Assembly: GCF_001194135.2 (NCBI RefSeq)
Contig: NC_068998.1
Location: forward strand, 47,028,463 to 47,092,462
DNA length: 64,000 nt
Source of the DNA: Octopus bimaculoides
Lineage: Eukaryota
Direction: 5' to 3'
The notes beneath the pieces are model-generated. The model did not search any database. It saw only the letters and a program-made list of their open reading frames with translations, and had not been told where the DNA came from. Made by a program: the position numbers and the translations under genes. Positions 1 through 12,259 of the stretch are shown one piece after another (position 1 is the first letter of the stretch; the number at the start of each line of letters is the position of its first letter).

Positions 1-25
1 GTTAGTTTCTATTTTAGAGGTTAAG

Positions 26-366
26 GGTTCCAGTCGATCCGATCAACGGAACAGCCTGCTCGTGAAATTAACGTGCAAGTGGCTGAGCACACCACAGACA
101 CGTGTACCCTTAACGTAGTTCTCGGGGATATTCAGCATGACACAGTGTGACAAGGCTGGCCCTTTGAAATACAGGTACAACAGAAACAGGAAGAGAAAAT
201 GAGAGAAAGTTTTGGTGGAAGAGTACAGCAGGGTTCGCCACCATCCCCTGCCGGAGCCTTGTGGAGCTTTAGGTGTTTTCGATCACAACGTCTGGTCTGG
301 GAATCGAAACCGTGATCCTATGACCGCGAGTCCGCTGCCCTAACCACTGGGTCATTGCGCTTCCAC
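26..366 (-). mobile_element. tRNA-derived SINE family A
   Basis: Reverse complement begins GTGGAAGCGCAATGACCCAGTGGTTAGGGCAGCGGAC...GGTTTCGATTCCC; body highly similar to copies at 10729-11068 and 61803-62183. Confidence 0.85.
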
Positions 367-498
367 TACTAGTACTACAAGTAACTCTTTCAGATTTACT
401 ACTATTATTATTACTACTACTACTGCTGTGAGTTATCGACCTCTTAAGTTAACCGTATTATTGCTCGGTCACCTTACGTCAATATTATAGGAATTAAG

Positions 499-716
499 AA
501 GGCGGCGAGGTAGCAGGGACGTTAACACGCCGGGCGAAATACTTTGCAGTATTTCGTCTGTCTTTACGTTCTGAGTTCAAATTCTGCCGAGGTCGACTTT
601 GCCTTTCATCCTTTCGGGGTCCATAAATTAAGTACCAGTCGCGTACAGAGGTCGATTTAATCGACTGGTTCCCTTCCCCAAAATTTCGGGCCTTGTGCCT
701 AGAGTAAAAAGGGATG
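499..716 (+). mobile_element. tRNA-derived SINE family B (about 210 bp; the most abundant repeat here)
   Basis: Family consensus ...TGGCAGAATCGTTAGC...CGTTCTGAGTTCAAATT...GTCGACTTTGCCTTTCATCCTTTCGGGGTC..TAAATTAAGTACCAG...GGCCTTGTGCC; more than 25 copies in the window. Confidence 0.85.
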
Positions 717-1012
717 TTATAAGAATTACGCCCCTTACATAGATCGAGCATCTGAATGCGTCAGAGATAGAGTGAGGAGAGGGTATACAGAGAAGAAGGA
801 AGTAAGTATAGAGGGAGTAGAAAGAGGGATAGAGTGCATGACAGAGAGAGAGAGAGTAGGAGGCTGGGAGTAAAGGAAGAGTTGATCAGTCGCAGAATAA
901 TGATTATTTTAAAGGAGATTAATGGAAATAAATAACAGAATGGGAAAGCAACTCAGTACTATAAAAATATATAATATACACACCCGTGTATGTATGTATA
1001 TATATATTTTAT

Positions 1013-1172
1013 CGTTTATTTTATGATTGTTTCAGTCATTGGACTGCGACCGTGGTGGGGCACCGCCTTGATGGGTTTTAGTCGGGCAAATCGATTCCAG
1101 AATTCAAAGTCAGTACTTAATCTATCGGCCCTTTGAGCCGAACCGCTACGGTACAGGGATGTAAACACACCG
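1013..1172 (-). mobile_element. SINE D (3' module), diverged
   Basis: TTGTTTCAGTCATTGGACTGCG...CACCGCCTT...GAACCGCTA..GGGATGTAAACACACC matches the D module; a plus-strand D fragment also lies at about 51105-51242. Confidence 0.6.
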
Positions 1173-1500
1173 ACCGAAGATCATTAAGCTGGATTTAACC
1201 CCTTAGAAATCGGTAGCCCTACATTACTATTGTTTACGTAATTCAGATATGTTATTTTATGCAATGAATAAAAGTAATGGATGAAAGATGGGTAACAAGT
1301 CTGGATTAATATGTAGTTTACTGATGTAAAAATTGAAAGTAAATTGTCCTAAAAATGAAAGGAAATGCGATTTAAACCAGAAGTGTTGAGAATAGCGCAC
1401 CGTAACATAATTTCGTTAAAAGAATATAGAGAACTCCTCATTGTATTATGCACACACATACCAACATGTATAGTATATTCTATTGATGTGGTAAGTAATA

Positions 1501-1719
1501 CGAAGGGGTGCTGAAAAGTTCCTGGCTTCAAAGGTGTCGCAAAAGGCCCGGTTGAAGGCCCAATCTTCCGAGTTCTTTTACAGGGCTTAGAAAAACTGAA
1601 GGACTGCTGCAATAAGTGTGTGAATCTGAGAGGGGAGTATGTTGAATAAAGTCCTAATTAACTGATCCTCTGGTATTTTCTTTTATCCCAAAAGCCAGCA
1701 GCCTTTCAGTACCCTTTCG
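1501..1719 (+). mobile_element. Mariner-derived MITE (internally deleted)
   Basis: TA target duplication (1499-1500, 1720-1721); imperfect 28-bp TIRs CGAAGGGGTGCTGAAAAGTTCCTGGCTT / AAGCCAGCAGCCTTTCAGTACCCTTTCG; internal remnant LQGLEKLKDCCNKCVNLRGEYVE* matches a mariner transposase C-terminus. Confidence 0.85.
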
Positions 1720-3394
1720 TATACCCATAGCAGACACTACTGAGGTAGCAATTCGGTGGTTTTCCTGTTGACACGTGATAGCCATACAATTACCCTTTGA
1801 GCAATGCTATACTCCTGCATAGTTAATGAGTTGTGCAGAAAGAACTAATGGGAAGCGGTGGCTTGTTCCTGTAGATTCGTTCGATTTATACAAATGAATT
1901 CCTTTCCCCACCTTTTTTTGAGAAGAGCTGTTTGACTATATCAAGAATAATTCGACTGATGTACACGTGAGCAAGAGAGTGTCAAATATATTGGTTACAT
2001 GAAATTATGGGCTGTCACTGTCGTCACTTCCGGTTTCGATAGCATTTTACTTTCTTGTTTTTAGGACAATATACTTTCACTTTTTTTACGACGATAATAT
2101 GCATGTTATTGCAAGTCTGTCAACCTTGTTGGTCTGACGCCTACAGAGATTCTGTGTAACAAAGACCAGACCAAAAAAACAAAAAGCGTTGATCATAAAA
2201 ATGATGCATGACGCAGGTTATAAGTTGGCTATAATACAAGTTAAGTATATATATATATATATTGACTTTAGATACTAGATTCATCTCAAAGTCATAGGTC
2301 TCGATTGTCCAAATGAACGACACAGAGTGTATATAATGGCTACGAAAAGTGGTGTCTATATTGCCTATAGTGCAGGGCGTATATATTAGCTATTATATAC
2401 ATACATACATACATATACAAAGCCATAATGTAGAATGTATATATTGGCTTGAAAACACCAGATCCACCCTTATATTTTATGTCACAGCTATCCAGAAACT
2501 TCGATAAAAATTATCATATTGGAGTTACCTCCCTTGACGATATTCTTTTCACAAGAAGTTTTGAGTAGTCTTCAATACCACCTAAGCTTTATTTTCTTTC
2601 AATAAATTCGATAATCTCGGATAATCGAGCAGATCTATGGCTAAAGACATTCTAGTCGCGGCCGTCCTGTTTATTTATTATTATATTTCAGTAATAGTGT
2701 ATCTACGACTATCGTTTTTTTTTTTTAAATTGGTAAATCATAGTTTGAGGTGATTTAGCTGCTATTTTTAGCAGCCAATTGACTACCAAGTGTTTTCCCC
2801 GAGACTGCATTTATAAGTACGTCACAAATAGGAGGAACAGCTTTAATCAATTGTACGCCTCCCCTCTAGAAGAACCTTGGTTAGAATACATAACTAACAG
2901 TAACAGGAGAAATATATTAATAACTTGTAGACAGATAGGAACGTTGGAAAAATACTTTGCAGTAGTTAATGTTCTGAGTTCAAATCCCACTTGGGTTGAA
3001 CTTAAGTTTCTTTTTGCTACAATAAAATGAGAACCAGTCAAATATTCGGTCAATGTAATAGAATGCCCACCCAACTACCCTCAAAATGATTGACTGAAAT
3101 TACCAGAATTATTAATTATTATTATAATTATTGTTATAATTATTGCATTTTAATGTGTACAAGGAACCCTTTTTTGTTAAAAATTAGGTTTAAAAAATAT
3201 GGGAGTTTCTAATACATGGATAGTATTGGTGACGTGCACAATAGATTGCCTTACAAAACTTTTTTTTCCAAATTTTAAGCCCTGAAAATTAGGGGGTTTC
3301 CTTATGCATGAGGGGTCCTTATACACGTTAAAATATAGTAATATAACACAGTGAGTTGACAGAATCATTAGGATATGAGGAAAAGGAAAAATTG

Positions 3395-3689
3395 CTTTGT
3401 GATCGTTCTTCCAGATTTTCTTCTATGTTCTGTGTTCAAATCTTGCTGAGGTCGATAAAATAAAGTACCAGCTGACTATGGGGGTCTATGTAATTGAAAT
3501 GCTTAGCAGTATTTCATCCATCTTTACGTTCTGAGTTCAAATTCCACCGAGGTCAACTTGCCTTTCACCCTTTGTTTTTTTTTGGGGGGGGGGTTGATAA
3601 ATTAAGTACCAGTAGCATACTGGGGTCGATCTAATCGACTGGTCCCTGGCTCCCCAAAAATTTCGGGCCTTGTGCCTAGAATAGAAAAG

Positions 3690-3691
<2 letters not shown>
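3395..3691 (+). mobile_element. SINE family B, a partial copy followed by a near-complete copy, with (ATT)n tail
   Basis: Consensus match ending GGCCTTGTGCCTAGAATAGAAAAG(ATT)n. Confidence 0.75.
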
Positions 3692-3733
<42 letters not shown>

Positions 3734-3740
3734 TGTTACT

Positions 3741-4110
3741 ATTTAGTAGTTTTATTTTTATAGCGTGCTTTCACTTCACTACCGAGCGCAGCTCTGTGTG
3801 CCTTGGTTTGCTGTGATGCTCTTATGGTTATTGTATTGAAAGTGCTTTTTGCGTAGGATGTGTGCAGTACCCAGTAGTGCAATTTTCTGTACATTATATA
3901 TACTTGTTAGTCCTGCTGTTTTTGTTATGTATTTGTCTGAATATTTTTTTATTATACCTAAGGCACCTACTATGATAGGAATTGTTTCTGTTTTTAGATT
4001 CCACATTCGAGTTACCTCTATTTCCAGGTCTTTGTATTTTGAAAGTTTCTCCATTTCTTTTAGAGAAATGTTATCATCTGCTGGTATTGATACATCAATT
4101 AGAAAGCACT
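3741..4110 (-). mobile_element. 5'-truncated R4/Dong-like (restriction-like endonuclease) non-LTR retrotransposon 3' end
   Basis: Encodes CFLIDVSIPADDNISLKEMEKLSKYKDLEIEVTRMWNLKTETIPIIVGALG...QKIALLGTAHILRK, the RLE-domain C-terminus, then a short 3' UTR; (TAA)n on both sides. Confidence 0.85.
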
Positions 4111-4151
4111 TTTATTATTATTATTATTATTATCATTATTATTATTATTAT

Positions 4152-4606
4152 TGAGTGAGAGAGCAGTGTATGCCATCAAAGTGACACTGGGGTAAAATAT
4201 ACGAAGCCCAGTATACCCATCATGACTACCCGTCTGATAAGGGTACACCAGGCACATGCATCACAACCATATGTGCGCAACATGGTGATCTCATATCAAG
4301 ATAAACAGCGCATGACCTCGCAGGTGGGGCCCAGTTAGAATTTTCTTCATGTCGAGTAGCCCATCCCCCTCAAAAGGTCCCTGAATAAGGTTTGTTTAAG
4401 GATGATGAGCAAAACACCCATATTTTCAGAGATGAATTATTCAAACCCCAAAGAATTCCTCTCAACACATGGCTACGACGCTTCCCCACTATTTCTGATC
4501 AGAGTGATCAGAGATGCACATATCGTCAGCCACCAAGGGACATGCTCAACTGGTTAACATCAAACAACTGACAAGCAAATCTGTGGTATTAAGCAGAATA
4601 TTCGCT

Positions 4607-4609
<3 letters not shown>
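4152..4609 (-). mobile_element. Unclassified about 460-bp interspersed retro-like repeat (family E), flanked by (AAT)n; strand defined by the (AAT)n-tailed end
   Basis: Homologous copies at 33469-33790 (same orientation), 30497-30722 (opposite) and a stub at 27153-27185. Confidence 0.75.
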
Positions 4610-4667
<58 letters not shown>

Positions 4668-4738
4668 CATTATTATTATTATTATTAACAACACTGTCCT
4701 TCACTTCTTACTATACTTTCCATGTTGTTCCGTTGCAG

Positions 4739-4897
4739 CAAGAGAACGGACCAGATACAGAAGGCGACCACGGCATTCCTAACAACAAGCAATCGGCGCG
4801 ATTCTTCGACAAGGTGGCGCGGTACACCTTCCCGCTGGTATTTGGTTTGTTTAACGTCTTCTACTGGATCTTTTACAATATGTGGAATTTCAGATAA
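4739..4897 (+). CDS. Last coding exon (end of M3-M4 loop plus TM4) of a Cys-loop ligand-gated ion channel subunit, GABA-A/glycine/GluCl anion-channel type; upstream exons not found in the window
   Basis: Acceptor ttccatgttgttccgttgcag|CAA; QENGPDTEGDHGIPNNKQSARFFDKVARYTFPLVFGLFNVFYWIFYNMWNFR*. The D(K/R).(A/S)R..FP..F..FN.FYW..Y pattern is the TM4 signature of inhibitory Cys-loop receptors. Subtype cannot be assigned from TM4 alone. Confidence 0.88.
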   Translation, partial: QENGPDTEGDHGIPNNKQSARFFDKVARYTFPLVFGLFNVFYWIFYNMWNFR

Positions 4898-5357
4898 ATC
4901 GGATAATTATTAGTTAATCAAACGAATTAATTAATTAAATTATTGATTAATTTTAATCAAGTGATTACCTGCCCCCACTCCTCCATATGAACAATGCAGC
5001 AAATGAAGACGGAAAGAAAAGAAAGAAAAAAAACAAAAAGAAAGAAGTTAATGAATAAATAATAAAGAAACAGGCCTTAACGAGGAAAATTGGGAATAAT
5101 GAATTACTAATTAACCAATTGGTGACGTGCACAATGGAAAAAGATGATACGAACTACTACTACTACTACTACTACTACTATTTCTACTGCTTCAAGAAAG
5201 AAAGGGGGAAGGCAAAAGAGGAAAGAAAGAAAGAAAGAAAAGAAAAGTGAAATGGTTAATAATGGAATAAATGTTTATATGAGAAGGGGCATGTCCCATC
5301 AGAAAATGAAAAAAGGCTATGAAGCAACAGAAGGGGACAATATACATACATACGTTC

Positions 5358-5408
<51 letters not shown>

Positions 5409-7367
5409 TGAAATTAATGTAGGCATTGAAAGAAAAATAGAAAGCTAATGTAAAGAGAGAAAAGAAAAGAAAGAATGAAAGAAAGAAAGAATGAAAGAAA
5501 GAAAGAAGCAGAAAACAAGAAGAATTCAAAGAAAGAGAAAAAGAATAGAAAAAGAAGAAAAAATAAATAACTTGAAATAGAACGAGAAAAGACAAAACAA
5601 AAACCGTGATAAATAAATAAATAAAGTGCCATTTTAAATTGTTTGGTACCTGCAATTGGACAAATATTTCTCCGGAATATTTCAAGAGATAAGAAATATA
5701 ACAATAATATTAATCTCTGAACGAATTTTAAAAATGTTCTAGAGAAATATTTTCTTAGGAGGAAAAAAAAAAAAAGCAAAGAAATAATAACAAAATTTTA
5801 AAGAATTTGGAATCAATTCTAAAGAATTTCCACAGACATTTTTTGGACAATATTGGAGGGTGGGGAACCAAAAACAGAAAAAAAGAAAGAAAAACAGCTT
5901 TGAATCAATTTTGAAAATCTTCCAGAAGTTTAAAAACATAAACTTCAAATTGGTGTGTATTTTTTGTATTTTTTTTTTTACCATTATTTGTCACATTTTA
6001 CTCCACATCCTCCTCCTCCTCCTACTACTACTACTATTTCCCCCTCCCACACCACCACTCTTCAGCCCTGAAAAAAATCAACAACAACAACAATAATAAC
6101 AACAAACGTTTATTCGGTGGTGTAGCGGTACTGCTGATATATATTCCAAATGTTTCAACTTGCTAAAGTGGTTTGAGAAGCATCCTATCCTCCTGGTTAA
6201 GATGCTAGACTCTTACAAATTGTTGTTTTACTTACTTTGTTATTTTCCTTTTGTTTGTTTTTCTTTTCTCTCTTGTTGCGTAATTTTTATTTTATTTTAT
6301 TCTCTAACAACTCTATGCCCCAACTTTCTTAGTGTAAAAAGGCCCCCCCCCCCAAAAAAAATATATATATGTATATATATACATACACACACACACACAC
6401 AAATACATACACACATGTATGTATGAAACGCTTCAAGGTGTCAGGGTAGCGATGGGTATGTGTGCACACCANNNNNNNNNNNNNNNNNNNNNNNNNNNNN
6501 NNNNNNNNNNNNNNNNNNNNNNNNNNNNNNNNNNNNNNNNNNNNNNNNNNNNNNNNNNNNNNNNNNNNNNNNNNNNNNNNNNNNNNNNNNNNNNNNNNNN
6601 NNNNNNNNNNNNNNNNNNNNNNNNNNNNNNNNNNNNNNNNNNNNNNNNNNNNNNNNNNNNNNNNNNNNNNNNNNNNNNNNNNNNNNNNNNNNNNNNNNNN
6701 NNNNNNNNNNNNNNNNNNNNNNNNNNNNNNNNNNNNNNNNNNNNNNNNNNNNNNNNNNNNNNNNNNNNNNNNNNNNNNNNNNNNNNNNNNNNNNNNNNNN
6801 NNNNNNNNNNNNNNNNNNNNNNNNNNNNNNNNNNNNNNNNNNNNNNNNNNNNNNNNNNNNNNNNNNNNNNNNNNNNNNNNNNNNNNNNNNNNNNNNNNNN
6901 NNNNNNNNNNNNNNNNNNNNNNNNNNNNNNNNNNNNNNNNNNNNNNNNNNNNNNNNNNNNNNNNNNNNNNNNNNNNNNNNNNNNNNNNNNNNNNNNNNNN
7001 NNNNNNNNNNNNNNNNNNNNNNNNNNNNNNNNNNNNNNNNNNNNNNNNNNNNNNNNNNNNNNNNNNNNNNNNNNNNNNNNNNNNNNNNNNNNNNNNNNNN
7101 NNNNNNNNNNNNNNNNNNNNNNNNNNNNNNNNNNNNNNNNNNNNNNNNNNNNNNNNNNNNNNNNNNNNNNNNNNNNNNNNNNNNNNNNNNNATATGGTTC
7201 GATTTTTCTTGAAGAGTTCATTTAAATGAATGAAAGCGCTAATAAAGAATTATCCAAAATTCTGACTGCCACCTTTTTCTTAATATATAGTATCTGTACA
7301 CCATTTCAAACACTCTATACACATCTATACACGCATACATACATGCATATATGTATGTGTATAAGTA

Positions 7368-7562
7368 TATGTAACCTTGTGGATATCGTTGGCGATTTTT
7401 TCTTCCTCCGTCTTCCCTTCTTTGGACTTTCCTATGTTTCCGACGAAGAGGTCCGCTCGAAACGTCAAATTCTCTTTCTTTCCTTTCCCGAGCGTCCAGT
7501 AACACAATCTGTATCACGTCCCTGCGTTGTTGTTTTTTGTCGGTTTTCTTTTTTGAACTTAT
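7368..7562 (+). mobile_element. Penelope-like element terminal-repeat remnant next to (TA)n
   Basis: CCGACGAAGAGGTCCGCTCGAAACGTC motif followed by a pyrimidine-rich tail ending at a TA microsatellite. Confidence 0.55.
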
Positions 7563-8132
7563 ATGTATATACATATACATATACGTACATACACACATAA
7601 ATACAAACATACATGAATAAATACATTTATATGTACATACATATATGCGCAATACACACACACACACACAAATACATACACACATGTATGTATGAAACGC
7701 TTCAAGGTGTCAGGGTAGCGATGGGTATGTGTGCACACCAGCTGTCACTGTATAAAGGGAGACAACTCTCTAGCTATAGATCAATGTTTTACATTAATCT
7801 TTCTTGAGATGTATTCCAATGCTTTATGGGGATTCCTGTTACAATCCATGGAAGGATTATTTCAACTAAAGCACAAAGTTCCTTTTAATGGAGAAACGAT
7901 GGTCATAAAGTATGTACCAGTAATACACAATGACCAGTATCTCTTCTTCAGTGAGGTTTTAAGAAAGGAAAATGGACCATGAGCCATGATGAAAATATCT
8001 TTAAAAAACATCATTATAATTTATTCAAAAGTTTTCCAGCGTTATTGGTGTTGTTGTTGTTGTTGTTGTTGTTGTTGTCATTGCTTTACTGCTGTTATTG
8101 TTGATGATGATGGTGACAATATCTATTGTTGC

Positions 8133-8178
<46 letters not shown>

Positions 8179-8187
8179 TTTTTCTTA

Positions 8188-8424
8188 AGGTGGCAAGCTA
8201 GCAGAATCGTTAGCACGCTGGACGAAATGCTTTGCGGTATTTCGCCAGCCACTACGTTCTGAGTTCAAATTCCGCTGAGGTCAACTTTGCCTTTCATCCT
8301 TTCAGGGTCGATAAACTAAGTACCAGTGAAACACTGGAGTCGATATAATCGACTAACCCTCTCCCCGTCAAATTTCAGGCCTTGTGCCTATAATAGAAAT
8401 TATCATTATCATTATTATCATTAC

Positions 8425-8463
<39 letters not shown>

Positions 8464-8958
8464 TTTTCTTAAGGCTGTGAGCTGGCAGAATCGTTAACAT
8501 GCCGGACAAAATGCTTTGTAGTATTACGTCCGTCTTCCCGTTCTGAGTTCAAATTCCACCGAGGTCGACTTCGCTTTTCATCCTTTCAGAGTTGATAAAA
8601 TAAGTACCAGACAAGCACTGGGGTCGATCTAATTGACTAGCTCCCTCCTACCAAAATTTCAGGCCTTCTGCCTTTAGTAGAAAGGATTATCATCATCATC
8701 ATCATTATTATCATTAATATTATTATTGTTATTATTAACATTCGGACAGTGAACTGGTAGAATCATTAACACATAAGGCAAAATGCTTAGTAGCATTTTA
8801 TCCTTCTTCAGATTCCGAGTTCAAATTCCGCCGAGGTTGACTTTGCCTTTCATCCCTTCAGGGTCGATAAAGTAAGTACCAGTTGCGTACTGGGGTCGAT
8901 GCATTCGACTTATCCCTTCCCTTGATATTTCTGGCCTTCTGCCAAAATCTGAAACCAT
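8188..8958 (+). mobile_element. Head-to-tail array of 3 SINE B copies separated by (ATT/ATC)n
   Basis: Copies at about 8188-8402, 8470-8690 and 8743-8958. Confidence 0.85.
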
Positions 8959-10164
8959 TATTACTATTATCATCATTCTTGCCATTGGTATGTTTGTTTT
9001 CTTTGATTTCTTTCCAAATTTGTTTTAAAATTTGCATCAAGTCGCACAGAATGACAAAAAAAGAAAAAAAAAAAACTGAAAACAAGGTAAAAAATTTTTC
9101 AAATAATTTTTTTAAGAATTTAAATCCTAAAACAGAAAAATAACGTTGTTCAAAAATTTAATTGAAATTTCAAATACTGTANNNNNNNNNNNNNNNNNNN
9201 NNNNNNNNNNNNNNNNNNNNNNNNNNNNNNNNNNNNNNNNNNNNNNNNNNNNNNNNNNNNNNNNNNNNNNNNNNNNNNNNNNNNNNNNNNNNNNNNNNNN
9301 NNNNNNNNNNNNNNNNNNNNNNNNNNNNNNNNNNNNNNNNNNNNNNNNNNNNNNNNNNNNNNNNNNNNNNNNNNNNNNNNNNNNNNNNNNNNNNNNNNNN
9401 NNNNNNNNNNNNNNNNNNNNNNNNNNNNNNNNNNNNNNNNNNNNNNNNNNNNNNNNNNNNNNNNNNNNNNNNNNNNNNNNNNNNNNNNNNNNNNNNNNNN
9501 NNNNNNNNNNNNNNNNNNNNNNNNNNNNNNNNNNNNNNNNNNNNNNNNNNNNNNNNNNNNNNNNNNNNNNNNNNNNNNNNNNNNNNNNNNNNNNNNNNNN
9601 NNNNNNNNNNNNNNNNNNNNNNNNNNNNNNNNNNNNNNNNNNNNNNNNNNNNNNNNNNNNNNNNNNNNNNNNNNNNNNNNNNNNNNNNNNNNNNNNNNNN
9701 NNNNNNNNNNNNNNNNNNNNNNNNNNNNNNNNNNNNNNNNNNNNNNNNNNNNNNNNNNNNNNNNNNNNNNNNNNNNNNNNNNNNNNNNNNNNNNNNNNNN
9801 NNNNNNNNNNNNNNNNNNNNNNNNNNNNNNNNNNNNNNNNNNNNNNNNNNNNNNNNNNNNNNNNNNNNNNNNNNNNNNNNNNNNNNNNNNNNNNNNNNNN
9901 NNNNNNNNNNNNNNNNNNNNNNNNNNNNNNNNNNNNNNNNNNNNNNNNNNNNNNNNNNNNNNNNNNNNNNNNNNNNNNNNNNNNNNNNNNNNNNNNNNNN
10001 NNNNNNNNNNNNNNNNNNNNNNNNNNNNNNNNNNNNNNNNNNNNNNNNNNNNNNNNNNNNNNNNNNNNNNNNNNNNNNNNNNNNNNNNNNNNNNNNNNNN
10101 NNNNNNNNNNNNNNNNNNNNNNNNNNNNNNNNNNNNNNNNNNNNNNNNNNNNNNNNNNNNNNNN

Positions 10165-10226
<62 letters not shown>

Positions 10227-10728
10227 TAGATTGATGCATACTGTATATATATTTATATATGTGTATGTATATATATATATATATATATTATGTATTATAT
10301 ATATGTACATATATGTATGTGTGCACACGTGTGTTTGTGTGTGTGTACATATACATATCTCTATACACACACACACACACACGGACACCACCACCAACAC
10401 CACTACATCTCTGCTATCAATGCCAACACCATCACCATCACCATTACAACTACCTCCAACAACAACTACAGCAATCTCCACTGAAACTAGGCACACAGGA
10501 TCAATGTAATGATATCCCATCAATCCACAATTACCACAAGTCAGTTAGGAGAGAGTAATTAAGTTTTATATTGATGGCATTTGGTTGAGTAACCCTTGTA
10601 TATTTGTATTTGTAGGTAATAGGTGACATGAGTAAGACTGATCTCCTTAATATCTGTGGATAATGCTCATAGATTTATATATGAAGATCGATGCATATAG
10701 ATCTGTGGACTCCATCAGTTGCGATAAT

Positions 10729-11068
10729 GAGGGTTCCAGTTGATCCTATCAGTAGAACAGCCTGGAAATTAACTTGCAAGTGGCTGAGCACTCCACAGAC
10801 ATGTGTAAACTTTACATAGTTCTCGGGGACATTCAGCGTGACACAGAGTGTGACAAGGCTGACCCTTTGAATTACAGGTACAACAGAAACAGGAAGAAAG
10901 AGTGAGAGGAAGTTGTGGTGAAAGAGTACAGCAGGGTTCGCCACCATCCCCTGCCGGAGCCTTGTGGAGCTTTTAGGTGTTTTTGCTCAATAAACACTCA
11001 CAACGCCCGGTCTGGGAATCAAAACCGCGAGTCCGCTGCCCTAACCACTGGGCCATTGCGCCTCCACA
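10729..11068 (-). mobile_element. tRNA-derived SINE family A
   Basis: Same head and body as 26-366 and 61803-62183. Confidence 0.85.
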
Positions 11069-11105
11069 TATAGATCTCTATGCATAGGTTTATAAAGTGC
11101 ATTTC

Positions 11106-11139
<34 letters not shown>

Positions 11140-11982
11140 ATTGTGATGTATGTGTATGGTGATGATGTATGTATACGTGTTTGTGTGTATGTGATTGTGA
11201 CGTATGTGTATGGTGGTGATGTGTGTATGTGTATGTATAACAAATCTTTAAGGTAGTGAATGGGCAGAACCATTAAGCACCCCAGTCAAAATGCTTTGTG
11301 GTATTTATTCTTACTCATGTTCAAATCCCGCCAAAGTCAACTTGACCGCTCATCCTTTTGTAGTCAATAAAATAAAGCCCCAATTTAGCACNNNNNNNNN
11401 NNNNNNNNNNNNNNNNNNNNNNNNNNNNNNNNNNNNNNNNNNNNNNNNNNNNNNNNNNNNNNNNNNNNNNNNNNNNNNNNNNNNNNNNNNNNNNNNNNNN
11501 NNNNNNNNNNNNNNNNNNNNNNNNNNNNNNNNNNNNNNNNNNNNNNNNNNNNNNNNNNNNNNNNNNNNNNNNNNNNNNNNNNNNNNNNNNNNNNNNNNNN
11601 NNNNNNNNNNNNNNNNNNNNNNNNNNNNNNNNNNNNNNNNNNNNNNNNNNNNNNNNNNNNNNNNNNNNNNNNNNNNNNNNNNNNNNNNNNNNNNNNNNNN
11701 NNNNNNNNNNNNNTAATAGATTCTGTACTATGTCTTCTTCTTCTTCTTCTTCTTCTTCTTCCTTTCCATCCTCCTCCACCTCCACTATTGATATTTTTTC
11801 TAAATGCTAGGGAGCTACTTTCATAATTATCTCCCTTTCTTGTATTACTCTTTATTCTCTATTGAGTACATAGTTGCACTGTCTTCATATATTCTGACAA
11901 CTATCTTCTGTTGTTAAGAACACTCAGCTGCTCTTCTTTCACCTCACCATCTTCCTCCTGTTGAACAATTGTTTGGCATATG

Positions 11983-12033
<51 letters not shown>

Positions 12034-12069
12034 GTCTATCTGTCTATCTATCTATGATTACAAACATAC

Positions 12070-12104
<35 letters not shown>

Positions 12105-12140
12105 ATTAATAAACAGCCACTATCTATACATGTATGTATG

Positions 12141-12172
<32 letters not shown>

Positions 12173-12200
12173 TATATCTATATATATATATATATGCATG

Positions 12201-12259
<59 letters not shown>

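Noticed and set aside
4514-4738. N-terminal part of the 127-aa ORF (poly-Leu, signal-peptide-like)
   Set aside because: It is family-E repeat plus (ATT)n intron sequence read in frame with the real exon.
4739-4897. Cephalopod chemotactile receptor (CR) or nicotinic subunit
   Set aside because: The TM4 motif DKVARYTFP..F..FN.FYW is of the GABA/glycine/GluCl type; CRs derive from nicotinic receptors.
7731-7982. 83-aa non-repetitive plus-strand ORF
   Set aside because: No recognisable motif, clear splice partners or family similarity; left uncalled.
8188-8958. CRISPR-like appearance of the SINE arrays
   Set aside because: Eukaryotic DNA; repeats are about 210-bp diverged tRNA-derived SINEs, spacers are microsatellites, and there are no cas genes.
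6419-10523. Long ORFs of 250-457 aa (also around 29.5-30.3, 37.6-38.4, 49.8-50.7 and 59.5-60.6 kb)
   Set aside because: They span N gaps and microsatellites.
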